Shown one piece after another: positions 16,308-26,192 of a stretch of DNA of 64,000 bases; position 1 is the stretch's first letter; each line of letters opens with the position of its first letter. The stretch covers positions 39,403 to 103,402 of the forward strand of contig JBBTCT010000006.1 of assembly GCA_038060895.1 (NCBI GenBank), read 5' to 3'. Source of the stretch: Planctomycetota bacterium (lineage in GTDB: Bacteria > Planctomycetota > MHYJ01 > WSZJ01). The position numbers were made by a program, and so were the translations under genes. The notes under the pieces are model-generated. The model saw only the letters and a list, made by a program, of their open reading frames with translations. It was not told the DNA's origin and made no database searches.

Positions 16308-17902
16308 GCGCGGAGCTGAAGCGGATCTGCGGGTTCCTGAAGGCGGGGGAGCCGGAGTTGCGGTGTGCGGCGGCGCGCATCCTCGTCGCGCTCGAGGCGA
16401 ACGACGACGACGTGGTGGCGGCGCTGGCGAAGGCGGGGGCGGACGACAACGGGATGGTGCGGCAGTACGCGGTGGACGGGCTGAAGGCGCTGGCGAAACC
16501 GAAGCACGTGGACCTGATCCTGCCGCTTCTCGACGGGCCGATGCGCGACAAGGTGCTGCCGCTGGTGAAGGAGCTGGGCGGAAACCCGCTCAGCGCGCTG
16601 AAGAAGGGACTGGACGACCCCGCGAAGCGGCTGCATTCCGTGAATTCGATCGCGTCGCTGGGAGGCCGGTCGGCCTACGACGCGCTTCTGAAGGAAACGG
16701 CCGACGAGGACGTCGACTACGTCAAGACGGTCACCAACCTGCTGCGCAGCCTGATCGACACGCTGAAGGACGAGGACCGCGAGAAGGCGTACGAGACGGC
16801 GCGCAAGGCGATGGATAGCTCGAAGGAACGCGTCCACAAAGTCGCGCTCGTCCGCGTGCTCGGGTACCTGCGCAATCCGGACGCGGCCGATCTGCTCGCG
16901 AAGCTCACAGCCGCCGCCGAGCACCCGTCGATCCGGTCGCACGCAATCCACGCCATCGCGCTTCTGAACTTCGGTCCGAAGAAGGTCGGCGCAACGCTGC
17001 TGAAAACGCTCATCGGCCTGCTCGACGACAAGGACACCCAGAACATCGTCGGCCCCGCGCTCCAGGCGCTCGAGCACATTCCGCTTCCAGAAACGCTCGA
17101 CGTCGCGCCGCTCCTCGCTCACCCCTCGGGCCAGGTGCGCGTCCTCGGCGTGAAGCAGCTCACCACGCGCGCCGACAAGGACTCCGGCCACAAGCTCATC
17201 GAGATGCTCGAGGACCGCGACGAGGACGTGAAGGACGCCGCGATGCACGCCCTCCGCCACGAGCCGAAGTTCGCGGCGATGCTGGCGTCGTTCATGGAGA
17301 AGGAGGGGAAGGGCTCGCGGGTGGATCTGTTCGCGAGCATCCTCAAGGGGTACCAGACCGGGTTGCCCAAGAGCGAAGTCTCCAAGTTCCTCGACAAGGG
17401 GCTCGAGCTCTTCGAGAAGGACGGCCAGACGAACTGGGCGCTCGAGGTGGCGAAGAGCGCTTCGCCGGATGAATACAAGAAGGCGCTGCTGGAAACCGGC
17501 TCGAAGCACAAGAAGGGCAAGCGCTACGAACTTGCGGAACGCTTCCTCGGCCTGCTGGTGCGCGAAGGCGGCGGCGATCCCGAAGCGCGCTACGAGCTGG
17601 CGGTCACGCGGCTGCGTCTGTCGGCGAAGCCGGACGACAAGAACGCGCGGAACACGAGCTACGCGCTCGCGATGCTCAAGGATCTCGCGAAGGCGGACCT
17701 GAAGGGGCTGTGGAAGCAGCTCAAGAACGAGCCCGCGCTGACATCGGCGGATTACCTGTTCGCGGGGATGTACTTCATAGGGCAGGAGGGCCTGAAGGAT
17801 TTCGGCGAAGACCTTCTCAAGCTGGTCGTGAAGGACGGGAAGGGGAAGGAAGCGAGCCAGGCGAAGGCGGTGATCAAGGCTGCGGCAAAAGTCGAGCCGT
17901 GA
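16304..17902 (+). CDS. HEAT repeat protein
   Basis: LRCAAARIL, VRQYAVDGL, LIEMLEDRDEDVKDAAMHAL; translationally coupled to the lipoprotein. Confidence 0.85.
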   Translation: MSAELKRICGFLKAGEPELRCAAARILVALEANDDDVVAALAKAGADDNGMVRQYAVDGLKALAKPKHVDLILPLLDGPMRDKVLPLVKELGGNPLSALKKGLDDPAKRLHSVNSIASLGGRSAYDALLKETADEDVDYVKTVTNLLRSLIDTLKDEDREKAYETARKAMDSSKERVHKVALVRVLGYLRNPDAADLLAKLTAAAEHPSIRSHAIHAIALLNFGPKKVGATLLKTLIGLLDDKDTQNIVGPALQALEHIPLPETLDVAPLLAHPSGQVRVLGVKQLTTRADKDSGHKLIEMLEDRDEDVKDAAMHALRHEPKFAAMLASFMEKEGKGSRVDLFASILKGYQTGLPKSEVSKFLDKGLELFEKDGQTNWALEVAKSASPDEYKKALLETGSKHKKGKRYELAERFLGLLVREGGGDPEARYELAVTRLRLSAKPDDKNARNTSYALAMLKDLAKADLKGLWKQLKNEPALTSADYLFAGMYFIGQEGLKDFGEDLLKLVVKDGKGKEASQAKAVIKAAAKVEP

Positions 17903-17958
17903 CCCGGCGGGAGATGGCAGCAACGGACTTCCCAACCTTGTAAAGTGAGCGGCACCGC

Positions 17959-18459
17959 ATGAACGAAGCGAAGTTCTGGGAAGTCATCGAGAAAGCGCGA
18001 GGGACGGCCCTCACGCCCGAGGAGCACGCCCAGCGCCTCGTCGCGCAGCTCGTGACGACGCCGCCGGACGACATCCGCGAGTTCGACCGGATCGTCGGCA
18101 CCCTGCTGGCGCGCGGCAACCGCGGCGAGCTGCGCGTCGCGGCCAACCTGATTAACGACGGCCCGAGCGACGAGGAGTTTCTCTTCTTCCTTGGCTGGCT
18201 GATCCTGCAAGGCCGCGAGAAATTCGAAGCGGCGCTGAAGCAGGCGGACTCGATCGCCGAGTGGATCGACACGACGGACGTGGACAACTACGAGTGCGAA
18301 GACCTCCTCTACGCCGCCGCGAACGCCTACGAGACGGCGACAGGGCAGGATCTGCCGCCGTCCGAGTGGCCGAAGATCGGGGACACGGCGAAGCTACTCA
18401 AGCTGGGGACGGACGTGGCGAAGCTGCTGCCGAAGTTGTCGGCGCGGTGGCAGGGGTGA
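17959..18459 (+). CDS. DUF4240 family protein
   Basis: MNEAKFWEVIE, LINDGPSDEEFLFFLGWLILQGREKFE, C-terminal LPKL. Confidence 0.85.
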   Translation: MNEAKFWEVIEKARGTALTPEEHAQRLVAQLVTTPPDDIREFDRIVGTLLARGNRGELRVAANLINDGPSDEEFLFFLGWLILQGREKFEAALKQADSIAEWIDTTDVDNYECEDLLYAAANAYETATGQDLPPSEWPKIGDTAKLLKLGTDVAKLLPKLSARWQG

Positions 18460-18505
18460 GTTCGAGCAGACGCCCGTGGGAACCTCACTGTCGCCCGCGA
18501 GTAGA

Positions 18506-19810
18506 CTAGTCGCGCAACTCGACAACGAGATCCTGTCTGCTCCCCTTGGGTAGCCAGTCGCCCGTCCCGTTGTCGTCTCCGTCCTTCCACTCCGACCAAA
18601 AGAGAATGCGCCCGCTCTCCTTGCGAAAGTGAAGAGGCTTAAGCGTAAAGGGGTCCGTCGGCAAATCCGTGACTTCGGTGCTCCCCCCGTGGCGGTACCT
18701 GGCTGCGGCCTGGACAAGCCTGAGCCGAGCTCGACTTTCCCGCCATCTCAACTCGATTTCCTCGACCGGGTACCACTTTGCTCTCGAAACTCGCCATAGA
18801 TCCTTCTCAAGCGCTCGATCGAAAGCTGAGTGTTTCGAAACCACGGATGTCCATTCGGAACTCTCCCAGGTTCTTGCAGCCTCGACTTCCCTGGCGGCGA
18901 TGTCGTAGAGGGCTGCAACGGTGAGAGGAATAGAAAATGCATGCTTCCAGGAATGCAGTCGGCGGGGTGGGGGTCCCGACCAGTTTCCGGGAATCGACTG
19001 CACAATGTCCGCGAACAGCATGGTGACTTCGCCCTTGATCGTGCGGTGGAGTGATGGGAATTGGCGGTCCAGGTTTTCCAGGACCGTCCCCAGCGAGGCT
19101 GCCTCGGGGAATTCGGACTCACTGAAGGTCAGGATTACGAGTGCGATGAAAAGCGCTGAATCAATTGCGTCCAGGCCGTTGCGAAGCGCAAGGAAGGTCT
19201 GCACGCTCGCGACGTCTCGCCCGTATTGGAGACACGTGGTCATGTCCTTGAAGGAAAGTGCAGTTTGCTTCAAGAACAGGCGGCCCATTGCCGTGTTGCA
19301 GAGGAGTTCGGCGTCCATGTCCGCTCCTGTCCAGGCGTAACTGCCGGCCACAGTTCCCTCGCCCCAGCAGAAGTGTTGGAAGACAGCGCGTTCACAACCG
19401 GCGCCCTCCTGGAAACACTTCACGACCGGATCTAGGCGTTCAAGCACCGCTCGCAGTTCTTCGAAGTCCTTCCGGGTTGAAGCTCTTTTTATGATGAGTT
19501 GCAGAAGCGCCCGCAAGGATTCGCTTGCCGCGATGTACTCCTGTACCGGCATCGCAAGGGACGATTTCGCATAGAACTCCCACGCATTACTCTCGTGCTG
19601 CGTTGCGCAAATGGGTTTCCGAATTCCCGGGTCCAGGTCGAATTCTGCCTGGCTACATTGATGACGATTCCAGAAGTCATTCCACCGGGACTTTGAGTAA
19701 GCGGTAACGCCGAACGGCGCTGCGATTGCCACTACGACCAGAGTTACGATGGCAATCGCGACCCGACGTCGCAGACGAATTGGGGCAACACGATTCAAGT
19801 CTGTGGCCAT
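18506..19810 (-). CDS. Membrane-anchored hypothetical protein with a GspG-like C-terminal motif; lower GC than flanks
   Basis: N-terminal TM helix; C-terminal LPTDPFTLKPL...FWSEWKDGDDNG. The start is uncertain (19810 or 19855). Confidence 0.7.
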   Translation of the reverse strand: MATDLNRVAPIRLRRRVAIAIVTLVVVAIAAPFGVTAYSKSRWNDFWNRHQCSQAEFDLDPGIRKPICATQHESNAWEFYAKSSLAMPVQEYIAASESLRALLQLIIKRASTRKDFEELRAVLERLDPVVKCFQEGAGCERAVFQHFCWGEGTVAGSYAWTGADMDAELLCNTAMGRLFLKQTALSFKDMTTCLQYGRDVASVQTFLALRNGLDAIDSALFIALVILTFSESEFPEAASLGTVLENLDRQFPSLHRTIKGEVTMLFADIVQSIPGNWSGPPPRRLHSWKHAFSIPLTVAALYDIAAREVEAARTWESSEWTSVVSKHSAFDRALEKDLWRVSRAKWYPVEEIELRWRESRARLRLVQAAARYRHGGSTEVTDLPTDPFTLKPLHFRKESGRILFWSEWKDGDDNGTGDWLPKGSRQDLVVELRD

Positions 19811-19907
19811 TGCCGAGATCTTACGAAATGCTCTGCTGCAACGGCGTCGGCACACGCTGTAGAGAGGTCTTCATTGTGCGGCTAGATTCGCGCTATAAGC
19901 TCGATTC

Positions 19908-20801
19908 ATGGGCGACCTCTTCTTCGGCACCGCAGGCTGGTCCTTCGCGGACTGGGCGGGAAAGTTCTACCCGTCGTCCGCGCCGAAGAAGCCGCTGGAG
20001 TTCTACTCGGACTATTTCGAGTGCGCCGAGGTGAACGTGACGTTCTACCGGCCGCCGGAGGCGAAGCTGTCGGCGGGGTGGGTGAAGCAGGTCGAGGGGA
20101 AAAAGTTCATCTTCGCGGTGAAGGTGTCGCAGGAGTTCACGCACGACCCGGCGGCCAGGGTGGGCGGCACCGGTGAACCGGTCTGGGGCGATTCTGAAGC
20201 GAAGAAGTTCCTCGAGGGGATCGCGCCGATCGAGGCGGCGGGGCGGCTGGGGCCGCTTCTCCTGCAGTTCCCGTGGAGTTTCCGGAACACGCCGGCGGCG
20301 CGGGAGCGGATTGCGCGGCTGGGGGACGCGTTCGCGCCGAAGCAGCTCGTCGTCGAGGTGAGGCATGCGTCGTGGGAGCGGCCGGAGGTCGTCGAGTGGA
20401 TGCGCGAGCGCGGGCTTGGGTACGTGAACATCGACCAGCCGGCGGAGCGGGATTGCCTGGGTCCGTCGGAGCTTGTGACGACGGAGGTCGCGTATGTGCG
20501 GCTTCACGGGCGAAACGTTGAAAAGTGGTTCGCGAAAGACATCGAGCCGCACGAGCGGTACGACTACTACTACCCGGAGAAGGAGCTCGATCCCTGGGCG
20601 GAGCGGATCAAGCGGATGATGGCGCGGTCGAAGGCGCTGTTCGTGATCGGGAACAACCACTACCGCGGGAAGGCGCCGGCGAATGCGCTTCAGCTCAAGG
20701 CAAAGGTGGTTGGAACGAAGGTGAAGGTGCCGGAGCCGCTGGTGGCGGCGTTTCCGGAGTTGAAGGGGATTGCGGAGAAGGCGAAGGGGACGTTGTTTTG
20801 A
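19908..20801 (+). CDS. DUF72 (UPF0759) family protein
   Basis: FGTAGWSFADW, EVNVTFYRPP, LGPLLLQFPWSF, VEVRHASW, YVRLHGRN, RYDYYY, NNHYRGKA. Confidence 0.93.
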   Translation: MGDLFFGTAGWSFADWAGKFYPSSAPKKPLEFYSDYFECAEVNVTFYRPPEAKLSAGWVKQVEGKKFIFAVKVSQEFTHDPAARVGGTGEPVWGDSEAKKFLEGIAPIEAAGRLGPLLLQFPWSFRNTPAARERIARLGDAFAPKQLVVEVRHASWERPEVVEWMRERGLGYVNIDQPAERDCLGPSELVTTEVAYVRLHGRNVEKWFAKDIEPHERYDYYYPEKELDPWAERIKRMMARSKALFVIGNNHYRGKAPANALQLKAKVVGTKVKVPEPLVAAFPELKGIAEKAKGTLF

Positions 20802-20810
20802 AAACGGAAT

Positions 20811-20850
20811 ACGCGGATAAAGGCTGATGAGGCGGAAAGGGCCGCGGATA
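20811..20850 (+). repeat. Degenerate ~9-mer array (CGCGGATAA-like), single arm
   Basis: acgcggataa aggctgatga ggcggaaagg gccgcggata, directly after the DUF72 stop. Confidence 0.45.
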
Positions 20851-20909
20851 CGACTTCCTGCTTGGCGGAATTGAGGCAGAATGGGGCGGTCGATTCATCG
20901 GGAGCGAAC

Positions 20910-21842
20910 GTGGCCGCGAAATCGCTGAGGACTTGTCCGTGGTGTTCGCACATGTACGAAGTGCCGGTCGGGGCCGGTCACCCGCCCTGCCCGAAGTGCC
21001 GCCGCGAGAACAGGCCTCAGGAGTCGAAGACGGAAGCGCCGATGGCGGTGCGGCCGCCGGCGGCGGTGCCGGGGACGCCCAAGGCGCCGCCGACGCCTGC
21101 CGCGGGGACGCCGCGCGCCGCGGCGCCGGCGCGGCCGGCGGTTTCGCAGCGCCCGATCTCGACGCCGCGCAAGTCGCACTTCATTCGCAACGTCATCGGC
21201 GTTCTCGCAGGACTGGTGCTCGCCGGCGTCGGGTTGCACTTCGCCGGGCTGCTCAATCTCCCGAAGGAAGTGCAGGAGCCGCTGGAGAATCTCAAGCGCA
21301 AGGTTGAGACGGCGGTCAACAAGCCGAAGGAGGAAGACAAGAAGCCGGTTGAGAAGCCGCCGGAAGAGCGGCCGCGGAAGCCGCCGGACGAGAAGCCGCC
21401 GGAGCCGAAGGCGCCGCCGACGGAGCCGTTCCCGGATTTCTCGAAGGAGAAGCCGTACGAGGTCCTGAAGGTGGAGGACGGGGCGACGATCGTCGTGAAG
21501 GGGGAGACGAAGAACATCACCGTGCGGTTGCTGGGCGTGATCGTTGCGAAGCCCGGAGACCCGCCGGTTCACGGGACGCGCGACGGGAGCGAGACGCGGG
21601 ACTACGTGAAGGGGCTTTTGCCGAAGGGGTCGAAGATCCATCTCTTCTACGGGATGCTCGATTCGCCCAAGTGGCGCGCGGAGCGGGACGCGTACGGGAG
21701 CGACCGGGCGTGGGTGTTCCTGGAGAAGGACGGGATGTTCTTGAATCTCGACCTGGTGAAGGGCGGCTACGCGCGGGTGGACGTGAGAGACGCGCGGGAG
21801 TATGCGGATCTGCTGCAGTACTGGGCGGAGAAGGCGAAGTAG
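20910..21842 (+). CDS. Zn-ribbon + TM + thermonuclease (SNase-like) domain protein
   Basis: CPWC...CPKC, Pro-rich linker, TM helix, then VLKVEDGATI, VRLLGV, RDAYGSDRAWV, LNLDLVKGGYA. GGAG + GTG at 20910. Confidence 0.8.
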   Translation: MAAKSLRTCPWCSHMYEVPVGAGHPPCPKCRRENRPQESKTEAPMAVRPPAAVPGTPKAPPTPAAGTPRAAAPARPAVSQRPISTPRKSHFIRNVIGVLAGLVLAGVGLHFAGLLNLPKEVQEPLENLKRKVETAVNKPKEEDKKPVEKPPEERPRKPPDEKPPEPKAPPTEPFPDFSKEKPYEVLKVEDGATIVVKGETKNITVRLLGVIVAKPGDPPVHGTRDGSETRDYVKGLLPKGSKIHLFYGMLDSPKWRAERDAYGSDRAWVFLEKDGMFLNLDLVKGGYARVDVRDAREYADLLQYWAEKAK

Positions 21843-21849
21843 GGACGGC

Positions 21850-22755
21850 TCAGGTCTGGCGCTGCGCCTCGAGTTCTGACTTCGTCGCTTCCGGCACCAC
21901 AAGCTTCACCTGCTGCGCGCCCATCTCGACGGTGAGCGGCAACATTTCGCCCGGGTCGCCGTCCACCTGCCAGGGCAGCGGGGTGTCCGCTTCGATGAGG
22001 ACCTTCTTCACGAGGAGATGCGTGGCGTCGGGCATCGCGCACGGGTCGCCTGCGAAGGCCTCGGCGAAGAGGCGGACGACGTTGAGTTTTCCCCAGGCGC
22101 TGAAGACGAGGAGGTCGAGCGCGCCGTCGTTGACTTTTGCGTTTCGCGTGAAGGCGAGCGGGCCTCCGTAGCAGGGGAGGTTGCTGACGAGCACGTAGGA
22201 GCCGTCGGGGAGTTTTTTGCCGTCGGCGGTGACGCGGAAGCGCGGGGGTTCGTAATTGAAGATCGCGCGGAGGGACCAGGTGAAATATTCGCGCATCCGG
22301 ATCGCGCCCGTGCGCTGGGCGTGGAAGTCGTGGACGACCTGCGCGTCGAAGCCGGCGGAGGCCATGAGGAGGAACTTGCGGCCGTTGGCGAGGCCGACGT
22401 CCACGTTGACGGCGTGGCCCGCGTGAATGGTGTCGGCTCCGGAGCGGGGAGTTCGCGGCAGGCCGAACGTCTTGGCGAGGACGTTGGCGGTGCCGACGGG
22501 GATCTGGCCGAGAGGCGGGGCGTTGTCGGGGAGGCCGTTCAGAATCTCGTTCACGGTCCCGTCGCCGCCGACGGCCACGACGCGGTCGAAGTCCGGGGCG
22601 CGCCCGGCAAATACCTTCGCGTCGCCGCGTTTTGACGTGAAGAGCGTCTCGGTGGCGTCTCCGAGCTCGCGCAGCCGCAGTTCGGTCTTCTCGGCGACGC
22701 GCGCGCCGCGGCCACGGCCGCTGACAGGATTGGCGATGATGAGGATCTTCGGCAC
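21850..22755 (-). CDS. Diacylglycerol kinase family lipid kinase (YegS/DagK-like)
   Basis: IIANPVSG, VAVGGDGTVNE, IPVGTANVLA, AGFDA, YGG, QVDGD. Confidence 0.93.
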   Translation of the reverse strand: MPKILIIANPVSGRGRGARVAEKTELRLRELGDATETLFTSKRGDAKVFAGRAPDFDRVVAVGGDGTVNEILNGLPDNAPPLGQIPVGTANVLAKTFGLPRTPRSGADTIHAGHAVNVDVGLANGRKFLLMASAGFDAQVVHDFHAQRTGAIRMREYFTWSLRAIFNYEPPRFRVTADGKKLPDGSYVLVSNLPCYGGPLAFTRNAKVNDGALDLLVFSAWGKLNVVRLFAEAFAGDPCAMPDATHLLVKKVLIEADTPLPWQVDGDPGEMLPLTVEMGAQQVKLVVPEATKSELEAQRQT

Positions 22756-22817
22756 GCGTGCGGATTCTACGGGCTGGAACAGTCGAATGCGCGGAACGGG
22801 CGGGTAAGATCGCTTCC

Positions 22818-24689
22818 ATGCAGGTCCCACGGCTCATTGACGCGCCGCGTCAATTTCTCCTCTTCCTGTGCCTCGCGGCGGCCGCTTCCGCCGAGGACGC
22901 CTCCCGCCCGCCCGCGTTCTTCGCCGACGGCGACCTCTCCGTCGCGGCAGCACGCGAACGCGCGAAGGAGAAACCGTGGAGCGACCGGCTCCCGGACCTG
23001 AACGAATCGACGCACGGGAAGGCGCTTCTCTGGCTCCTGACAGGAGACGAAGAAGCAGCCAAGGCCGCGCTCGCGGACATGAAGGCCGCTTCCGTCGACG
23101 ACGGCTACGGGCTGAGCGAGCAGGGACCGATTCTCTGGCTGCCGCTGGCGCACGACTGGCTGCGGGACTGGAGCGGGTACTCGGCGGCGGACCGGAAGGA
23201 GACGGCGGGCAAGATCTCGAAAACGGCCGACGCGTGCGTAGAGTTTCTCAAGGGAACGGGGGACTCGGTGTGGCACACGTCGGCGCCGCGCGCGTGGATG
23301 GGCGTCTCGCTTGCGGCCGCGGCGCTCGACAACCCGGCGTACCTGAAGTTCGCGCGCGAATACTTTGAGAGCGTCTATTCGCCCGCCATGGCCGCGCTCG
23401 ACGGCGGGGCCGTCGCGGGACTGTCGTACGGCGTCTGCGAAGGCTTCGCGCCGGCCGCGCACGCGCTCTGGGCGCTGAAGTCGCGCGGCTACGACGGATT
23501 CGCGTACGCGAAAGCGCACGGAGACTGGCTCGCGGCGCGGCTCGCGTACATGGCGCACTCGGCAGCGCCCGACCTCACGTGGCAGCGGTGGGGCGATTGC
23601 GTCGCGGGGAGCCGGGCGTCGCTGAAGGAAGAAGCGCGCAACGTCGTGGACATGCTCGCGCTGGGGACGGGCGCGCCCGAGGGCGCGTGGCTTTCGAACC
23701 GGGTCGCGGCGCGCTATACGTTGAACGCGGGTTACCACTCGTGCGTTCTGCCGGACTTTTTCGTCTTCGGCCGGACGTGGCCCGGCGACGACGCGGCGCC
23801 GGGGCGGTTTCGCCTTTTCGGCCGCGAGGCCATCGGCCAGGCCTTCTTCCGAAGCGGCTGGGACGACGACTCGACCGCCGTTTTCTTCAAGGCCGGCGAT
23901 TACTTCGACAACCACGGCCACTTCGACCAGGGACACTTCACGATCTTCCGAAGCGGATGGCTCGCGCAGGATTCAGGCAACTACGGCGACTTCAACGCCG
24001 CGCACCGGCTGGAGTACGCGCGCAAGTCCATCGCGCACAACACCGTCGTCTTCGGCACCGACGCCGACGGCGGGCAGCGGATCGTGAACCGCCAGGACTT
24101 CCAGGACCTCGGGGACTGGCAAAAGAAAAAGCGAGCGCACAATCTCGAGGGCGCGGACATTACGGGGTGGCACGTCGCGGAGGGGTGGGCCTACGTTTCG
24201 GCGAACCTCGCGCCGGGATACGACCCGAAAGTCGTGGGGGCGTTCGTGCGAGAACTGGTCTGGCTCGACGAGGGCGTCCTGATTGTCCACGACCGCACGT
24301 CCTCGAAGGCCGCGCCGCGCTGGCTCCTGCACTCCACGCCGGAGCCGGCCATTGAAGGGAGCATGTTCACGATCACGACGGATGCCTCAAGGCTCAGCGG
24401 CCGCGTGCTGCTTCCCACGAAGCAGCGCGTCGCCAAGGTCGGCCCAGGCTGCCTCGTCGACGGGAAGGACTTCCCTCCGGACAAGACAGCGGACTACGCG
24501 GTGCCCGGCGCCTGGCGGGTCGAGGTGTCGGGAGGCGTGGAGTTCCTGGTCGTTCTGGTCGTGAGTGACGCGAAAGCGGAGGCGACGGAAGCGACGATCG
24601 TGAAGGACGGAGATGCGGTCGGCGTCGAAGTGGGAGGAAGGCGAGTTGTGTTCAGGAAGGACGGCGCGGCGCCCGTGACGGTCCGGTGA
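22818..24689 (+). CDS. Heparinase II/III-like polysaccharide lyase
   Basis: Signal peptide; RSGWD, FKAGDYFDNHGHFDQGHFTI, LAQDSG, SIAHNTV. Confidence 0.85.
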   Translation: MQVPRLIDAPRQFLLFLCLAAAASAEDASRPPAFFADGDLSVAAARERAKEKPWSDRLPDLNESTHGKALLWLLTGDEEAAKAALADMKAASVDDGYGLSEQGPILWLPLAHDWLRDWSGYSAADRKETAGKISKTADACVEFLKGTGDSVWHTSAPRAWMGVSLAAAALDNPAYLKFAREYFESVYSPAMAALDGGAVAGLSYGVCEGFAPAAHALWALKSRGYDGFAYAKAHGDWLAARLAYMAHSAAPDLTWQRWGDCVAGSRASLKEEARNVVDMLALGTGAPEGAWLSNRVAARYTLNAGYHSCVLPDFFVFGRTWPGDDAAPGRFRLFGREAIGQAFFRSGWDDDSTAVFFKAGDYFDNHGHFDQGHFTIFRSGWLAQDSGNYGDFNAAHRLEYARKSIAHNTVVFGTDADGGQRIVNRQDFQDLGDWQKKKRAHNLEGADITGWHVAEGWAYVSANLAPGYDPKVVGAFVRELVWLDEGVLIVHDRTSSKAAPRWLLHSTPEPAIEGSMFTITTDASRLSGRVLLPTKQRVAKVGPGCLVDGKDFPPDKTADYAVPGAWRVEVSGGVEFLVVLVVSDAKAEATEATIVKDGDAVGVEVGGRRVVFRKDGAAPVTVR

Positions 24690-24698
24690 GAAAATGTC

Positions 24699-25397
24699 CT
24701 ACTCGAGACGCTTGCCCCTTTCCCGAAGCAAGAGCCGAAGCAATTTGAGTTCCTTCTTCCCGGCCTGCTTCCTTGTTTCTGCGACCTGCGTCTTCATTTC
24801 CCGTTTCTTCTCCTGGCCGGGCTGCCAGGCAGGGTCTGGAATCTCCGTGATCACGGTGCGGCAGACGTACCAGATGCCGCGAATCCGGCTGAACACGTGC
24901 ATCGGGCCGTCGATTTCCACTTCATCCGGGTTCGGCGCCGGTTTCGATTTCCGCCCGAAGCGGGGCCTGAGCTGGAAGCAGAGGAGTCCGGTGCGGGGAT
25001 GCACGTAGTACTCGGGCGGATAGGACCCGAGCAAAGAGCCCTTCGCCCTCCAGAAGCCATCCGGCCGCTTCTCGACATGAAGCGCCACCCATCCGATCCG
25101 CCCGCAGATGTGCTCGATGACATGGGCATGGGTCGTTCTCCGCTTGTCGAAGGTCTGGCAGAGCTCGGAGTACACCTTGCTCCAGGGCCGGCCAACCTGC
25201 TTGCGCGTCCACCTGAGAACCGGACCGAGAAGATCCGAGAACATCTTGGTGCGGAGCTTCCCCCGTCCATCCTTCGTCGGGATGTTGTATTCGGCCTCAG
25301 GGCCTTCCCAGCGCACGGACATGCCGGTCTTCGCGTTCGGGTCCCGGTGGCCCCAGCGCGGGCGTTCCGTGATGACCTTGCCCATGTCGGCTCTCAT
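24699..25397 (-). CDS. Conserved basic hypothetical protein (MRxDMxKVIxERPR family)
   Basis: MRADMGKVITERPR, LGPVLRW..KQVGRPWSKVYSEL, YYVHPRTGLL, RIRGIWY. Confidence 0.75.
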   Translation of the reverse strand: MRADMGKVITERPRWGHRDPNAKTGMSVRWEGPEAEYNIPTKDGRGKLRTKMFSDLLGPVLRWTRKQVGRPWSKVYSELCQTFDKRRTTHAHVIEHICGRIGWVALHVEKRPDGFWRAKGSLLGSYPPEYYVHPRTGLLCFQLRPRFGRKSKPAPNPDEVEIDGPMHVFSRIRGIWYVCRTVITEIPDPAWQPGQEKKREMKTQVAETRKQAGKKELKLLRLLLRERGKRLE

Positions 25398-25463
25398 GGG
25401 TTTTCTAACACCCCGGGCAGGCTGCGGGTTCAGAGAGGGACTTCCGTGGCCAATCGATTTACG

Positions 25464-26192
25464 ATGCGCCCCATGATCCGCATCGCGCGAGCCTCCGAAA
25501 TCCCCCACTACGCCGACATCGAGCGCCTGCAGAAGGAAGTCTGGCAGTTCGAGGACCGGGAGATCATCCCGCGCAACGAGCTCATCACGATCGCGCGTAA
25601 CGGCGGCCTGGTGCTCGGTGCGTGGGACGACGAAGCGATGGTCGGGTTCGTCTTCGGGTTCCTGGGGCTGGACGGGAAGCGGCTCCAGCACGCTTCCCGG
25701 ATGGTCGCGGTCCTGCCCGAGTACCGGAACACGGGAGTCGGGCGAAAGCTCAAGGAAGCCCAGAGGAGAGCCGTGCTGCGCCAGGGTGTCTCGCTCATGA
25801 CGTGGACCTTCGACCCGCTTCAGTCCCGCAACGCCTTCTTCAACATGGCGGTCCTGGGCGGGACGGCGCGCGACTACATCGTCGACGCGTACGGGCCGTC
25901 GACGTCCGTCTTCAATCGCGGGCTCCCGACGGACCGCCTCCTCCTGCGATGGGAGCTCAAGAAGCCGCGCGGGCGGAAATACTCGCTCGCCGAGGCGAAG
26001 GCGCGCAAGACCGTCGCGGTCCCCGTGGACGTGAACTCGCTGATGAAATCCGACCCGGCGCGCGTTTCCGCCGAGCGCCTGCGCGTCCGGCGCGAGCTGA
26101 TGACGGCGTTCCGCGCGGGGTGGGAAATCGCGGGGTTCGCGAGCGACGGGACGACCGAGAGTCTCTACGTCCTCGGGAGAAAGCGGCGATGA
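25464..26192 (+). CDS. GNAT family acyltransferase
   Basis: LQKEVW, NGGLVLGAW, HASRMVAVLPEYRNTGVGRKLKEAQR, WTFDPLQSRNAFFN, GLPTDRL. Confidence 0.9.
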   Translation: MRPMIRIARASEIPHYADIERLQKEVWQFEDREIIPRNELITIARNGGLVLGAWDDEAMVGFVFGFLGLDGKRLQHASRMVAVLPEYRNTGVGRKLKEAQRRAVLRQGVSLMTWTFDPLQSRNAFFNMAVLGGTARDYIVDAYGPSTSVFNRGLPTDRLLLRWELKKPRGRKYSLAEAKARKTVAVPVDVNSLMKSDPARVSAERLRVRRELMTAFRAGWEIAGFASDGTTESLYVLGRKRR

